Shown piece by piece: positions 29,566 through 39,554 of a DNA stretch of 64,000 nucleotides. Origin of the DNA: a virus. The translations under genes were made by a program, and so were the position numbers. Each line of letters opens with the position of its first letter. Within the stretch, counting starts at the first letter, position 1. Location of the stretch: the IMG/VR virus record IMGVR_UViG_3300042880_000288, positions 32,001 to 96,000 of that record; one strand, given 5' to 3'. The notes under the pieces are model-generated. The model did not search any database. It worked only from the letters and a program-made list of their open reading frames with translations, and was not told where the DNA came from.

Positions 29566-30907
29566 TCTTTTCTTCTGTTGGATTAATAGTTAGTTCTTCT
29601 GGGACCCCTGGAATTTCATTTAATTCAGATTCGGAAACAGGATTTGACTGTTCTAACTCTATTAACTCTGACTTGAGGTCATTTCTCTCAATTCTTAGTA
29701 ATGCAGTTTCTATGTCATCATCAGAGATTTCAAGGTCACTTTCAACCCTTTCAACCCCTAAAGCAACCCCCGCAACCCCTGGTATTGAATTTAGGTCCTC
29801 TAAATTAGCATGTAATTCAACAACCTCTTCTTCAACTTGACCCTCTGGTACAAAGTCTTCTATATTTTTATAGACATAGTTTTTATTTAACAAAGCAAGA
29901 GTTGCTTCATCAACAGTAATAGTTTTTACTTTAAAGTAATCAGTACCACCAGTTGATTCAATCTCATGAACATATTTCTTCATAATAATATCAATCTTAT
30001 CTGTATCAACAACACCCTTGTCAATCAAAGACTTCATTATATCATCTATATCTGTATTCATATAACTATCTTTACCTAGATATCCAAGTAAAGATTTAAA
30101 GTTAACATGCTTTTTAGTATGACAGTTGTACATTTGATTATGATACTCTTTAAACAATAACTCTAAATAGAGTAAGCTATCTATATAGTTAGAATTAGCC
30201 ATTATCTCCATTGCCAAGATATGATTGTCATTATCAGAGCTCTTAAACATGTCAGATAATTGATCAAACATTACTGAATCTATGATAACTGCATCTGCAC
30301 CATTAATATGTTTAAGTAATGCAGCCTCTGTTAAAATAGTAGTATTTAATACCTTAGGAAAATATTCAGCATAGCTATTACTTACTTGATAAAAAGTATT
30401 AGAACTTCTCAATTCTATAGTTACTTCTGGATTTTTCATAGCTTCAATAAATACTTTTTCATTTCTAATTTCACTAGAAGAACTATAATCCATATAAACT
30501 CTGTCCTCAGTATAAAATTCAAGTGCTGTATCTACATTCTCTACATAATAATCATCCATTTTGTCTCTAACAGTTTCATAAATCTGTCTAAACATTTCTG
30601 TAGGCATGCTGTATAACCATCTTGTGTCACACATCTTATGAACTGTTGCAGTACCTGCAAATATATGTGTTGCAATATCTATATCTCTGACAGATTTAAT
30701 ACCATATTGTATAGTTAAATCTTTTAGTTTTACCCTAGGAATATTCACTCCTGGTAAAAAATATAATTTGTCTCCTTTTGTAGGGACATAATCTCCATTG
30801 GATACTTGTAAATCAGCCCTTGAATCAGGAGAACCAAAAAGTGGTTCAACAGTTATCTTGACCTCATCTGAAACTACTTCAATGTCAAAAAACAAATAAT
30901 TTTTCAT
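29540..30907 (-). CDS. Hypothetical protein with possible BRCT-like N-terminal domain and acidic tail
   Basis: GDKLYFLPGVNIPRVKLKDL...GIKSVRDIDIATHIF resembles the BRCT beta1-alpha1-beta2-beta3 pattern; inference only. Confidence 0.6.
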   Translation of the reverse strand: MKNYLFFDIEVVSDEVKITVEPLFGSPDSRADLQVSNGDYVPTKGDKLYFLPGVNIPRVKLKDLTIQYGIKSVRDIDIATHIFAGTATVHKMCDTRWLYSMPTEMFRQIYETVRDKMDDYYVENVDTALEFYTEDRVYMDYSSSSEIRNEKVFIEAMKNPEVTIELRSSNTFYQVSNSYAEYFPKVLNTTILTEAALLKHINGADAVIIDSVMFDQLSDMFKSSDNDNHILAMEIMANSNYIDSLLYLELLFKEYHNQMYNCHTKKHVNFKSLLGYLGKDSYMNTDIDDIMKSLIDKGVVDTDKIDIIMKKYVHEIESTGGTDYFKVKTITVDEATLALLNKNYVYKNIEDFVPEGQVEEEVVELHANLEDLNSIPGVAGVALGVERVESDLEISDDDIETALLRIERNDLKSELIELEQSNPVSESELNEIPGVPEELTINPTEEKNDTDFEWF

Positions 30908-30918
30908 TGTCTTAAGTT

Positions 30919-30944
30919 TAAAAAGGGGAGTATTACCTCCCCTT
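30919..30944 (-). terminator. Intrinsic terminator
   Basis: AAGGGGAG/CTCCCCTT stem followed by a T run. Confidence 0.7.
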
Positions 30945-31002
30945 ATGTTTGTTTTAATTTGCTATAGGACTTGTAAAAAAGGGAAAAAGTTTTAACCCTT
31001 AA

Positions 31003-32172
31003 TTATTTTACAGCCATCTTCACCACGTCTTGATTCATCATCAATGAACTAAACTTAACTTTGTTACCATTAACAATTTCCTTAACCATGTAATATCTAA
31101 GGTCATTAGTAAATGCTTCACAGTCAGTAGTAAGTTTAGCTATCCTGTCAATAATAGGTTTACCTATACTTCCTTTGTCAGCCAAAGTCAATGAATAGTT
31201 AATTACCCTTGTTGCAATTACACTAGAAATATCAGCACGGAAATCATCATCTTTACCAACTGCATTAGTAAGAGAGTTCATTACATACTGCTCATCTTTA
31301 GTTAGGATATCTGCAGGACTAATTATTCTATCAAGTTTGTTATTGATGAACATAGTAAACATTGAACTAAAATCTACACCAACAGAACCCTCACCAATCA
31401 TTTGAATCAATGGAAGATCATCCTCAAACTTAGGTACAGAACTAATAGCATTGAAGAAAGTAGTAATAGATCTTGGATTAACTCTTTGAGTTACCAACTC
31501 TGGGTGCATCAACATAAAGTTAATACATCTACCATCTATGTTTGCTTTCTCTGCCCACTTAGCCCATACATCAGCATCATATTTCAACTCAACAGATATA
31601 AATCTAGTCTTCTGAGCAACATCTAAAGAAGTTACATTATAATCACCATTGTCTGGATTAGTAGTCAAGATAACATGCCAATTCTTTGGTAACTTCCAAG
31701 AAACATATTCCTGTCTATCTAGAATCTCCATGGTTGCTTGCATAAATCTTGCATCAGCTCTAGTATAATCATCAAGAATCAAGAAACCACCTTCACCTTT
31801 ACCCTGAATCCATTCAGGAGCAGCATGTGACATTCTCTTGCCCACAACTTTGAATTTATTTGCAGTAGCTGCAGCTATCTGAGATTCATTAATCCAACCT
31901 TCTTTACCTTCTGCATTTCTAATTTGAAATTCTTTTACAGGAAACCCAACCAAGTCACCTAATTCTTCTAACTGAGATAAATTCAGCTTTACAACATCCA
32001 TTTGTAATTCTTTACCCAACTGCATGATAGCAGAAGTTTTACCCAAACCAGCATCACCTTCAATATTAATAGCCACAGGAACTTTTCCTTCAGACTGAAT
32101 GTGTTGGTTATTTTTAACCATGTGCTTAATAAAACTCTTTAACTCTTCAACATTTAATTGTACTTGACTCAT
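31003..32172 (-). CDS. MoxR-like AAA+ ATPase
   Basis: Walker A GDAGLGKT, DLVGFP, Walker B LILDDYTRA, sensor TTNP, Arg finger KTRF. Confidence 0.82.
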   Translation of the reverse strand: MSQVQLNVEELKSFIKHMVKNNQHIQSEGKVPVAINIEGDAGLGKTSAIMQLGKELQMDVVKLNLSQLEELGDLVGFPVKEFQIRNAEGKEGWINESQIAAATANKFKVVGKRMSHAAPEWIQGKGEGGFLILDDYTRADARFMQATMEILDRQEYVSWKLPKNWHVILTTNPDNGDYNVTSLDVAQKTRFISVELKYDADVWAKWAEKANIDGRCINFMLMHPELVTQRVNPRSITTFFNAISSVPKFEDDLPLIQMIGEGSVGVDFSSMFTMFINNKLDRIISPADILTKDEQYVMNSLTNAVGKDDDFRADISSVIATRVINYSLTLADKGSIGKPIIDRIAKLTTDCEAFTNDLRYYMVKEIVNGNKVKFSSLMMNQDVVKMAVK

Positions 32173-32182
32173 ACTCTTTTTT

Positions 32183-33364
32183 TTATAGTTCTAATTTAAT
32201 TACTTTTCCTGGTAAACTGTCATTCATATGGGATCTTTCTGACAAGACCCATAGAACATTTCCTTTAGGTCTTACACTTGTCCAACATTCACCGTCAGTA
32301 AAATACACCAGGCTTGTATATTTCTTTTGGTTTTCATTAAAGTACTCTAGGACAGGATCAAACTCAGTCCCACCTCTTCCAAATGCACTCATCTCAAATT
32401 TACCTTTGTAAGGTTCAATTGATCTGATATTTGTATCACACTGTATTACAGTTACATCAACACCACATTTATAAATATGGTAGATTTCACTCATAAACTC
32501 TTTAAGTTCATCATCACTTACAGAACCTGAAGTATCTATAGCTAACAACATATGTTGTCTCATTTTTACTTTAAGACCCGGATTAGCATCAAACCTTCTA
32601 TTCTCTTTTCTTCTGATCTTCTTAGTAAATACTTTGGTACTAACACCAGTAAATCTCCTAATGAATCCTCTCCAGTCAAATTTAGGTTTAACAATCTCTT
32701 CAATTTTGATCAATCCTTCTATCTCCCCAGGAATATTACCTTTCTTCTTTTCTGTCTGCTCTTTAGCATCAGAAAGAACCTTTTGTAACTGTTTCTCTAT
32801 AAGTTTCTGTTCTGCTTCTGTAAGATCTTCAAAGTCTTCCCAAGTACTGTGATCAGGTATCTCACCATTCTCTATATTCTCAAGAAGTTGATCCATATTA
32901 GAGTCTCCACAAGTACCATTCTTATCTTTTTCATCCTGAAGTTGATTCAGTTTGTCATAATAATATCTAGCACCGGCCTTTCTATCTAGTTCTATATCAG
33001 TATAGTTATCTATATCAATACCACCTTCTGGTAGATACTGTTTACTTATATACTGATTTATCTCCATATCCATTGCTACATTAGCTAGTTTCTTGTTAGA
33101 AAACTTAAAGAATGTAGTAAGATGTCCAAAAGCAATATGTAGTAACTCATGCTTCAATAATCCATATCTGTGGTCTTCACTGAGACTTTCCCAGAACTCT
33201 GTATTAATAGTAAGCTGATAATTAATACCATTCTTGCTCACACCAGCTGTAGGAACTCTTTTACTGTCCCATAGCTTATTCAACATAATGAGAAAGAACC
33301 CATAATAGGGCTCCTTCAACATTAGTTCTTTACCTGTTTTACTTAGACTCTGTTGTTTGTCCAT
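32183..33364 (-). CDS. Metallopeptidase-like + vWA domain protein (DUF2201-like), MoxR partner
   Basis: HELLHIAFGH, NVAMDMEINQ; MIDAS DTSGS, GGTEF, YFTDG. Confidence 0.85.
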   Translation of the reverse strand: MDKQQSLSKTGKELMLKEPYYGFFLIMLNKLWDSKRVPTAGVSKNGINYQLTINTEFWESLSEDHRYGLLKHELLHIAFGHLTTFFKFSNKKLANVAMDMEINQYISKQYLPEGGIDIDNYTDIELDRKAGARYYYDKLNQLQDEKDKNGTCGDSNMDQLLENIENGEIPDHSTWEDFEDLTEAEQKLIEKQLQKVLSDAKEQTEKKKGNIPGEIEGLIKIEEIVKPKFDWRGFIRRFTGVSTKVFTKKIRRKENRRFDANPGLKVKMRQHMLLAIDTSGSVSDDELKEFMSEIYHIYKCGVDVTVIQCDTNIRSIEPYKGKFEMSAFGRGGTEFDPVLEYFNENQKKYTSLVYFTDGECWTSVRPKGNVLWVLSERSHMNDSLPGKVIKLEL

Positions 33365-33758
33365 TGTCTTTTAGTTTAATGTTTATTTCAAAACTATCTG
33401 TTGGGTACCCAATTTGTTCTAACATTTTTGTCATATCTCTTACAAAATATTCCATAAACAACTCTACTGAATTCTTAGAACCTTTATGCCCTGTAATAAG
33501 ACTTAGAGTTCTTGGGCTAGTAAGATTACTTTCTCCAACTATACTTACTAGTTTGCTGTGTAATTTCTTCCCAGCCTCAGACCAGTCAGATCTTTGTACA
33601 CCAGAGAATTTATACATTACAAGTAACTCTCCTATGTATTTATCTACATCAACATTCTTCAATGCCTGAAATGCTACAATATGATTCTCTTTATCAGAGG
33701 ATTGTAACATATTTAATAAATTTCTTGTTTCTTCTTTGTCAAAAATCATTTTACTCAT
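33339..33758 (-). CDS. Hypothetical protein
   Basis: 139-aa ORF, tightly packed. Confidence 0.6.
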   Translation of the reverse strand: MSKMIFDKEETRNLLNMLQSSDKENHIVAFQALKNVDVDKYIGELLVMYKFSGVQRSDWSEAGKKLHSKLVSIVGESNLTSPRTLSLITGHKGSKNSVELFMEYFVRDMTKMLEQIGYPTDSFEINIKLKDNGQTTESK

Positions 33759-34105
33759 TAGTCTTCAATTTTTAAAGTTTTTATTGCCCATTTTTCAGGT
33801 TTACCACTTGCAATCATATCTACCCATTCTTTTGCAGTAGGGATATAGTTGTTGCAATCCTCTTTGACATGTTGTTCTCCTACATATCTTACATATACAT
33901 CTTTACCGTCAGAGTTGGTAATAGTCATACCAAATCTTTGTTCACATTCAAATATACCCTCACTGTGGTGTCTGAATACTCTATGCATACTGTGTCCAAT
34001 CCATCCTTTAGTTTCATCAAACCATTTATGGATTTCCAAATAATCTACAGGAGATCCTCCAAACTTTTTAGCTGAGGATTTTGCATGTTGCCAAGGATGT
34101 GCCAT
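33758..34105 (-). CDS. DUF6915-like protein
   Basis: MAHPWQHAKSSAKKFGG, HRVFRHHSEGIFECEQRFG, GEQHVKED. Confidence 0.7.
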   Translation of the reverse strand: MAHPWQHAKSSAKKFGGSPVDYLEIHKWFDETKGWIGHSMHRVFRHHSEGIFECEQRFGMTITNSDGKDVYVRYVGEQHVKEDCNNYIPTAKEWVDMIASGKPEKWAIKTLKIED

Positions 34106-34106
34106 A

Positions 34107-34364
34107 CTAAAGATTTTTAAATTCTTCCTCTAAATCTGTTATAGCTATAATAACATCATCAAGCTCTTTTTTAATAAGATCTTTTATCCCTTCTTTATCA
34201 TATAAAGGAACTTCACTTTTTCTTCCAAAAGCACCTGCTGAGTATTGTACTGTTACTGATGTAAAACATGATTTAAGAGCTTCTTCAAGTCCTCTTTTTC
34301 TCCTAATAAATTTATCAATGTTTTCTTGTAAATTTTTACCAGTAATAAATTTTTCTTTATCCAT
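34107..34364 (-). CDS. Hypothetical protein
   Basis: 85-aa ORF, tightly packed. Confidence 0.6.
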   Translation of the reverse strand: MDKEKFITGKNLQENIDKFIRRKRGLEEALKSCFTSVTVQYSAGAFGRKSEVPLYDKEGIKDLIKKELDDVIIAITDLEEEFKNL

Positions 34365-34771
34365 TATTCTTCTTCTGTTTTACTTAATAAATCTCCATCA
34401 TGAAAGAAATCTTCAGTCTCAGTAACTCTTACATGATTATTAATAATATACTTTCCTGAAGGAACACATATACATAAATCTCCAAAGCCACCTTCATTAT
34501 TCCACCAGTCTTCTATATCATTAAGAAGTTTTTCATCAGCAAATGATTCAATTTGGTAATAAAGATCTCCATCTAAATTTGTTAAAGTATATTCATTGTC
34601 CCAATCATTTACATTGTCATTTACATCTTCTGGAGTTTCACATGGAACTTTTGTATAACCAATCCATTCTATGGCACCTGAGTCTCCTCCACCATCATAT
34701 TTTACTTTAATACCTGTGATACCTAAATCAGCCAACTTAAATAAGAGGCTTGTTAATTCTAATTCTGTCAT
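34364..34771 (-). CDS. DUF6878-like acidic protein
   Basis: IKVKYDGGGDSGAIE, DWWNNEGGFG. Confidence 0.6.
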   Translation of the reverse strand: MTELELTSLLFKLADLGITGIKVKYDGGGDSGAIEWIGYTKVPCETPEDVNDNVNDWDNEYTLTNLDGDLYYQIESFADEKLLNDIEDWWNNEGGFGDLCICVPSGKYIINNHVRVTETEDFFHDGDLLSKTEEE

Positions 34772-34773
34772 AA

Positions 34774-35199
34774 CTATTTAATTTTGTAAAATCTACCTAA
34801 TATGTTTCCATTTAGGAATTCTTCTTTTTCAAGTACTTCGTGAACAAACTGATGTTTGGTTTCTTGATATGTAAGCTCCATACCTGAGTAACATATCAAT
34901 AAGATTTCTCTTTTGATTACTACTCCTGCTTTGTGAGCTTCCTTTAGAACTTTATTACTACTGTAATAGTTCATGAAGTCTGGTTTTAACTCTCTTTTGT
35001 ACTTCTTAAGTCTCTTGTCCGTGGACATGGCTAGAGCTTTTTTACCAAGAGGTTTCTTTATATTAGCAAAGAAATTCTTCTTACCAACATATGCAACAGA
35101 CTTACCATCAATGATAGCAGTCATAATATAAATAAATCCTACACCTCCTTGAGGTATATCACCTTCATTAAATTCTTTTCCTTGATGGATCCAACTCAT
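34774..35199 (-). CDS. GIY-YIG-like nuclease family protein
   Basis: GFIYIMT...YVGKK...YYSS...REIL..ELTYQE...LNGNI. Confidence 0.6.
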   Translation of the reverse strand: MSWIHQGKEFNEGDIPQGGVGFIYIMTAIIDGKSVAYVGKKNFFANIKKPLGKKALAMSTDKRLKKYKRELKPDFMNYYSSNKVLKEAHKAGVVIKREILLICYSGMELTYQETKHQFVHEVLEKEEFLNGNILGRFYKIK

Positions 35200-36173
35200 A
35201 ATGCTTGTTTTAATAATGGAAATAATTTATTTCTTGTGGCTTCAATACCATGTATTTTAACTGAATCCGCAATATCTTTTTCATTTTCAAACTCAATTGG
35301 TATAAATCCAAATTCCTCTTGATATCTCTGCATGTATTTCTTACCTGTAGGATCATTGTCAAATAAAACCAATACTTTTTTGTATTTCATTTTTATATCT
35401 TCAACAAATTCTTTTGGTAATACAGTACTTTCAGCATCTGGAGCAATTGCTTCAATATTATTTATATCTAATAAATTAAAACATAGTAAATCTTTAAGAG
35501 ATGCTACAAGTATCAAATACTTTTTATCATATTGTAGTTGCTCAAGACCCTGAGTATAATCAGATATCTTCAAAAACTTTTTAGCTGGAACTTTAGGTTG
35601 ATAAATTTTGTATAAACTACCATCTTCTTTAAAATAACCATAGATAAATTCCTTTTCTATTCTTATTCTATCCATAACAAAGTCACCTTTGTCTTTTGTT
35701 AGTTCATAATATTCTAAAGGATATATATTATAATTTTCTAGAATTCTAGAATTAATATTATATGGAGTCCAATAACTTTTATCATTTGTATTCCAGTGTC
35801 TTATTTGATAATCAGATAATTTAAATCTTGTTGCTGCAAGAACAGGAGTAGAAGCACTAAAATCTGTTTTACTTATGTAACTTTCATAGTCAAACATAAT
35901 CTTATCCTTTGCACTATCTCTTGTAAGATTATATAAAAGTTCAACAAGTCTTATTGCATCACCTTGATAACCTGAAGAAAAGTCTTTGAATTTATACTGA
36001 CTAGTTCTTCCATCAAAATAAATAATCATAGATGGTATTTTGTCAGATGGATTAAATATTGATTTAATCTTTATTGACTCACCAGTAAGCTTTTCAGTTA
36101 TATTGAGATAATACTCAAATATCCATTCTCTTGGGACATCCCATAAACTTGTAATTAACCTAGTTGATATCAT
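35196..36173 (-). CDS. DNA primase (TOPRIM)
   Basis: FKDFSSG, SLKD, LFDNDPTG, EKDIAD; sits in the helicase/SSB cluster. Confidence 0.8.
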   Translation of the reverse strand: MISTRLITSLWDVPREWIFEYYLNITEKLTGESIKIKSIFNPSDKIPSMIIYFDGRTSQYKFKDFSSGYQGDAIRLVELLYNLTRDSAKDKIMFDYESYISKTDFSASTPVLAATRFKLSDYQIRHWNTNDKSYWTPYNINSRILENYNIYPLEYYELTKDKGDFVMDRIRIEKEFIYGYFKEDGSLYKIYQPKVPAKKFLKISDYTQGLEQLQYDKKYLILVASLKDLLCFNLLDINNIEAIAPDAESTVLPKEFVEDIKMKYKKVLVLFDNDPTGKKYMQRYQEEFGFIPIEFENEKDIADSVKIHGIEATRNKLFPLLKQAL

Positions 36174-36219
36174 ACTATCAAAATTAAAATAAGGGGACCA
36201 TCTCTGATCCCCCTATCCA

Positions 36220-36915
36220 TTAGTCTAGGTTGAAATCAGAAGATGATTTTCTTGGTGTTTTTATTTCATCATCAGAATCAAATTTGTCTATTTTTTTAGC
36301 TTCTTTTTGTTTGATGATATGAGTTTTGTCATCAAAGTTCATGATGTTTGCTGCATCCAATTCACCAAAAGCATATTGCTTATCTGCTGAATTTGGAAAG
36401 AACAAATTATAATCAATGTAACCCTCTTTATTTGTCCACTCTTTACCACCTATACAGCAGTCAAAGAATTTATTTTTAATTGGAGCTGTTCCATTAAATG
36501 CATCAATAAACTCTTCAATAGTTTTATGCTTGTCATTTTGTTCTTTAAACCAATCACTGATACCCAATGATTTACAAAGATTTTGCAAGAAAATTAATAT
36601 TGCTTTATCTCTTTGAATTGGTGTACCTCTTTTAGTAAAACCATCTGCAAATGCATAAAAACTACCTTTTACTTTACCAATTTGGCCATCATATCTACCT
36701 TTCTCTTGATCATTATCAATATAAAAACCTTCAAAACCTTCTAAAGCTTCAGTTTCTAGATGTAATAATAAATAATAAGCATTTTCAATATAGGTATATT
36801 GCTCTAACTCAAGCTTGTGCAATTTTACTCTATGGTTTCCTGGTTGAATTTTTTTTGGAAGTTTTCTACCTTCACCACTACCTTTACTTTCTAAGTCTAA
36901 TGTACTTAATCCCAT
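36220..36915 (-). CDS. Putative single-stranded DNA-binding protein (DUF669-like)
   Basis: IQPGNHRVKL beta pattern and acidic tail; lies between the Sak4-like ATPase and primase. Confidence 0.55.
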   Translation of the reverse strand: MGLSTLDLESKGSGEGRKLPKKIQPGNHRVKLHKLELEQYTYIENAYYLLLHLETEALEGFEGFYIDNDQEKGRYDGQIGKVKGSFYAFADGFTKRGTPIQRDKAILIFLQNLCKSLGISDWFKEQNDKHKTIEEFIDAFNGTAPIKNKFFDCCIGGKEWTNKEGYIDYNLFFPNSADKQYAFGELDAANIMNFDDKTHIIKQKEAKKIDKFDSDDEIKTPRKSSSDFNLD

Positions 36916-36934
36916 TTTTTTTGATTTTTAATTA

Positions 36935-37654
36935 TTAAATAAACACTTCATCCCATGATGTTTTTAAAACACCTTCTTTCATTTCAGAAATTACTATTTC
37001 TTTGTTTCTTAGATGCTCTGGTCTTGCACCACAAGTAACTTCTTCATTTGTCCTAAAAGACAAAATAGTTTCATTACCTTTTCTGTACATATAACCAATA
37101 GCATCTGCATTTGCACATATTAAAGATTTGATTTTACCAGTTAAATCTATATTAGCAGACATAACCATTTCTCCCTTATCATCAACTACCTTGTCTTTAA
37201 TGTGACCAGATAGAATAATGGTGGGTGCGAATTTATCAATAAATTCTAGAATTTGGAAAAATGCTTTTCTAATATATAAATAACCAGCTCCATTTGCTAA
37301 TGTAAGAACACTATCTCCATCAAAGTTTTTACCCATTGTTGTATCCTGATAAAGATTGACAGCTAATGGCATGATCATATCTTCTAATGCAGTTACAGTA
37401 TCAATAGTAACATATTTGTATGGAAATCCAGCAGCCTTAATTGCCTGACCTACTTCTCTTAGTTCAGATAGATTATTTACTTTAACTTTAAGAGCTTCTA
37501 CATAATCAGAACCATTCTCAAGATCTATAATTAGATTGTCTTCAAGTCCTGCAAATGCAGTGGTTTTACCTGTTTTGGGCTTAGAATAAATCAATATTCT
37601 TTTAGGATTTACTCTGTTAGCCGCAACTTTTTTAGTTGGGAGTACAATACTCAT
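36935..37654 (-). CDS. AAA_24 / Sak4-like recombination ATPase
   Basis: YSKPKTGKTT, IDLENG, VTIDTVT, LSGH, NADAIG. Confidence 0.8.
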   Translation of the reverse strand: MSIVLPTKKVAANRVNPKRILIYSKPKTGKTTAFAGLEDNLIIDLENGSDYVEALKVKVNNLSELREVGQAIKAAGFPYKYVTIDTVTALEDMIMPLAVNLYQDTTMGKNFDGDSVLTLANGAGYLYIRKAFFQILEFIDKFAPTIILSGHIKDKVVDDKGEMVMSANIDLTGKIKSLICANADAIGYMYRKGNETILSFRTNEEVTCGARPEHLRNKEIVISEMKEGVLKTSWDEVFI

Positions 37655-38316
37655 ATTTCACTTTTTGCTTGTTTAATAAGATCATTTAACCATTGTTTAT
37701 CACTTACAGGTTTTACTAGCATGATTGCTGCAAAATCTCTTAAAGAGATATTAGATAAAGTTAAATTCTCTTGATTATCATTATCTGAATCTTCTTTTAA
37801 AGAAGGAAACTCTTCTTCAAAGTTTGGAAAATAATAAAGATCATTAACTCCATTTTGTTCTTTTGCAGGAGGTAAAGCTTGTTCTTTAGCTTTTTCATAT
37901 TCAGCATAAGTCATTGTTTTACCTTTCCACAATACTTTTAACTCAGATAAATTAACAAGATATGAATCATATTCTTTACCAACATCTCCACCTGTTTTAA
38001 TAGGATATTCAGTTTTATAATGTGGATTTGCTTTGTAGATAAATAAAGGTCTGTTGTTATCATACGGAGTATAATCTACAACAACTTCATTATCATCTTT
38101 TACTTTTTCAAAGAGCTCAATATAAAGATCTTTATTTTTCTTAAGTTCTCCATCAAACAATTGAATATTTTTACCTGGCAACGGACTGATATTAGATCTA
38201 AAAGCTGTTTTAATTGTAAACTCACTTTGTGCTATTCCAGCTCTGTCTAATGTTCCTTTGTGATAAAGGTAATACTCATTTTGTTTTTCATTTCTCAAAT
38301 TTGGTGCTTCTCTCAT
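37651..38316 (-). CDS. Hypothetical protein
   Basis: 221-aa ORF. Confidence 0.65.
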   Translation of the reverse strand: MREAPNLRNEKQNEYYLYHKGTLDRAGIAQSEFTIKTAFRSNISPLPGKNIQLFDGELKKNKDLYIELFEKVKDDNEVVVDYTPYDNNRPLFIYKANPHYKTEYPIKTGGDVGKEYDSYLVNLSELKVLWKGKTMTYAEYEKAKEQALPPAKEQNGVNDLYYFPNFEEEFPSLKEDSDNDNQENLTLSNISLRDFAAIMLVKPVSDKQWLNDLIKQAKSEI

Positions 38317-38335
38317 TTGTTTTTAAATTTAAAAA

Positions 38336-39352
38336 TTAATCTTCTTGTCTTCTTCCAGGAGTTGGTGCCTCTTCCAATCTCATAGTATCTCTGTTAAGTC
38401 TATAAAACTGAATACCGGTTAAACCATTTCTGGATTTTAAAAAGTGAAATACTAATGTTTCTTCATCTTCAATAATTAATTTGTCAGGACCATAGGAACT
38501 TAATCTTTTATCATAAGGTCTATTGATTCCAATTACAACATCAGCATGCTGTAAAAGAGCATCCGAACCATAGATATCAGAGTCCAAGATATAATTACCA
38601 TAGGTACCTGGTTTATTTCTTTCTGGAGATTCAATACTTCTGTTAAGCTGACTTAAAATCAAAAAAGAAACAGGAAACCTTTTTTTCATTTCTGTCATTG
38701 CCTCACCTAAGTCACTTAGCATTTCAAATTTGTCTTTTTGTGACTGATCTTTTCTCAATAAATTAGAATGGTCAATACATACAAGTATATTAGTATATAC
38801 TTCTTTCTGATTTCCATTTTCATCTTCTATGATTTTCTTAAAATCTTCACATTCATCTTGTATGGTAACTTTCATTTCATCTACTGTGCATGGATCATAG
38901 ATCATATTAGTTTTACCTTTACCTTCAATACTTTCATATATATCAATCAATTTGTGGATATCCTCTTTGTCAATAGGTTTACCCTTGCTCATAAGTTTTT
39001 CATAGGACATTCCTGATTTTACTGATAACTTCCTTGCACCATCTGTTTCATCAACCATCTCAAGTTGGAATTTTAATATTCTAAAATCTTGATCTTTGTT
39101 GAGTTCAATGATATCTGAAGTCATCTGCTCCATGAAAAAGGTTTTACCTACACCAGGTCTTGCTCCAATGACAGTAATAGTTCGCCATTCTAAGCCATTT
39201 ACAAATGCATTATTAAATTGTGGCCATGCAGTTTTTAATGTTTTTATTTCTCCTTTACTGATTGCAATAATTTTATTTATTGCTTTTTTAATAGATTCTT
39301 TCTCAGATGTTCTCTTTAAAGGAACAACTTGTTTTGTTGGTTTTTGATACAT
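38336..39352 (-). CDS. dnaB: Replicative DnaB-like helicase (C-terminal RecA-fold domain only)
   Basis: GARPGVGKT, FQLEM, IDH, LSQLNR, ADVVI, KSRNG. Confidence 0.88.
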   Translation of the reverse strand: MYQKPTKQVVPLKRTSEKESIKKAINKIIAISKGEIKTLKTAWPQFNNAFVNGLEWRTITVIGARPGVGKTFFMEQMTSDIIELNKDQDFRILKFQLEMVDETDGARKLSVKSGMSYEKLMSKGKPIDKEDIHKLIDIYESIEGKGKTNMIYDPCTVDEMKVTIQDECEDFKKIIEDENGNQKEVYTNILVCIDHSNLLRKDQSQKDKFEMLSDLGEAMTEMKKRFPVSFLILSQLNRSIESPERNKPGTYGNYILDSDIYGSDALLQHADVVIGINRPYDKRLSSYGPDKLIIEDEETLVFHFLKSRNGLTGIQFYRLNRDTMRLEEAPTPGRRQED

Positions 39353-39353
39353 A

Positions 39354-39554
39354 TTACTTATTGTTAAAATAGTTAAGTAATAGTTTCTTCTTTATTATAT
39401 TATAAATAAAGTGACCAGCTGTTATTAAGAATTCAATAATTAGGAATTGCCATATAGTAATATGTACTATACTTGCATCAACAATTAAAAAGGCCAGTGT
39501 TGTATTTATTAGTGCAATTAAGACTAATAAAAACTGAGCTTCCATTTTTCTCAT
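39354..39554 (-). CDS. Small membrane protein
   Basis: Two hydrophobic segments. Confidence 0.55.
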   Translation of the reverse strand: MRKMEAQFLLVLIALINTTLAFLIVDASIVHITIWQFLIIEFLITAGHFIYNIIKKKLLLNYFNNK

